A stretch of 64,000 bases of DNA from Octopus sinensis. Lineage: Eukaryota. The position numbers were made by a program, and so were the translations under genes. The notes beneath the pieces are model-generated. The model saw only the letters and a list, made by a program, of their open reading frames with translations, made no database searches and had not been told where the DNA came from. Of the stretch, positions 63,959 through 64,000 are shown piece after piece. The stretch's first letter is position 1. Every line of letters starts with the position of its first letter. The DNA lies in the NCBI RefSeq assembly GCF_006345805.1, contig NC_042997.1:125426001-125490000 (forward strand), written 5' to 3'.

Positions 63959-64000
63959 TTTTTTGCCACCCTATATTGATTAATTATGAATTTTCTGGTT

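Overview
AT-rich, repeat-saturated eukaryotic DNA with no confidently identifiable host-gene exon, rRNA, tRNA gene or CRISPR array. Nearly all long ORFs in the supplied track are microsatellite artefacts or retroelement/transposon remnants. The repeat landscape (very long (TA)n, (TACA)n and (TAGA)n tracts, two high-copy tRNA-derived SINE families, R4/Dong-, HERO-, RTE- and Penelope-type fragments) suggests an intronic or intergenic stretch of a coleoid cephalopod, probably Octopus. That assignment is an inference from repeat content only. The strongest unexpected signal is a structurally complete type I hammerhead ribozyme at 1465-1528, inside a ~265-bp element embedded in (TA)n. Other notable items: a mariner fold-back element whose ~250-bp arms are inverted copies of the transposase 3' end (3183-3727); a head-to-tail array of R4-clade LINE fragments whose junctions sit almost all in (TACA)n (17.0-21.1 kb); a 1.65-mer tandem of an ~835-bp Penelope-LTR-like unit (3911-5290); an RTE-type LINE 3' end with three C2H2 fingers (52.8-53.2 kb); a Chapaev-like DNA transposon with both termini (27.3-29.1 kb); and several long inverted repeats. 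All alignments and identities were read by eye, and boundaries of degenerate repeats are approximate (tens of bp).
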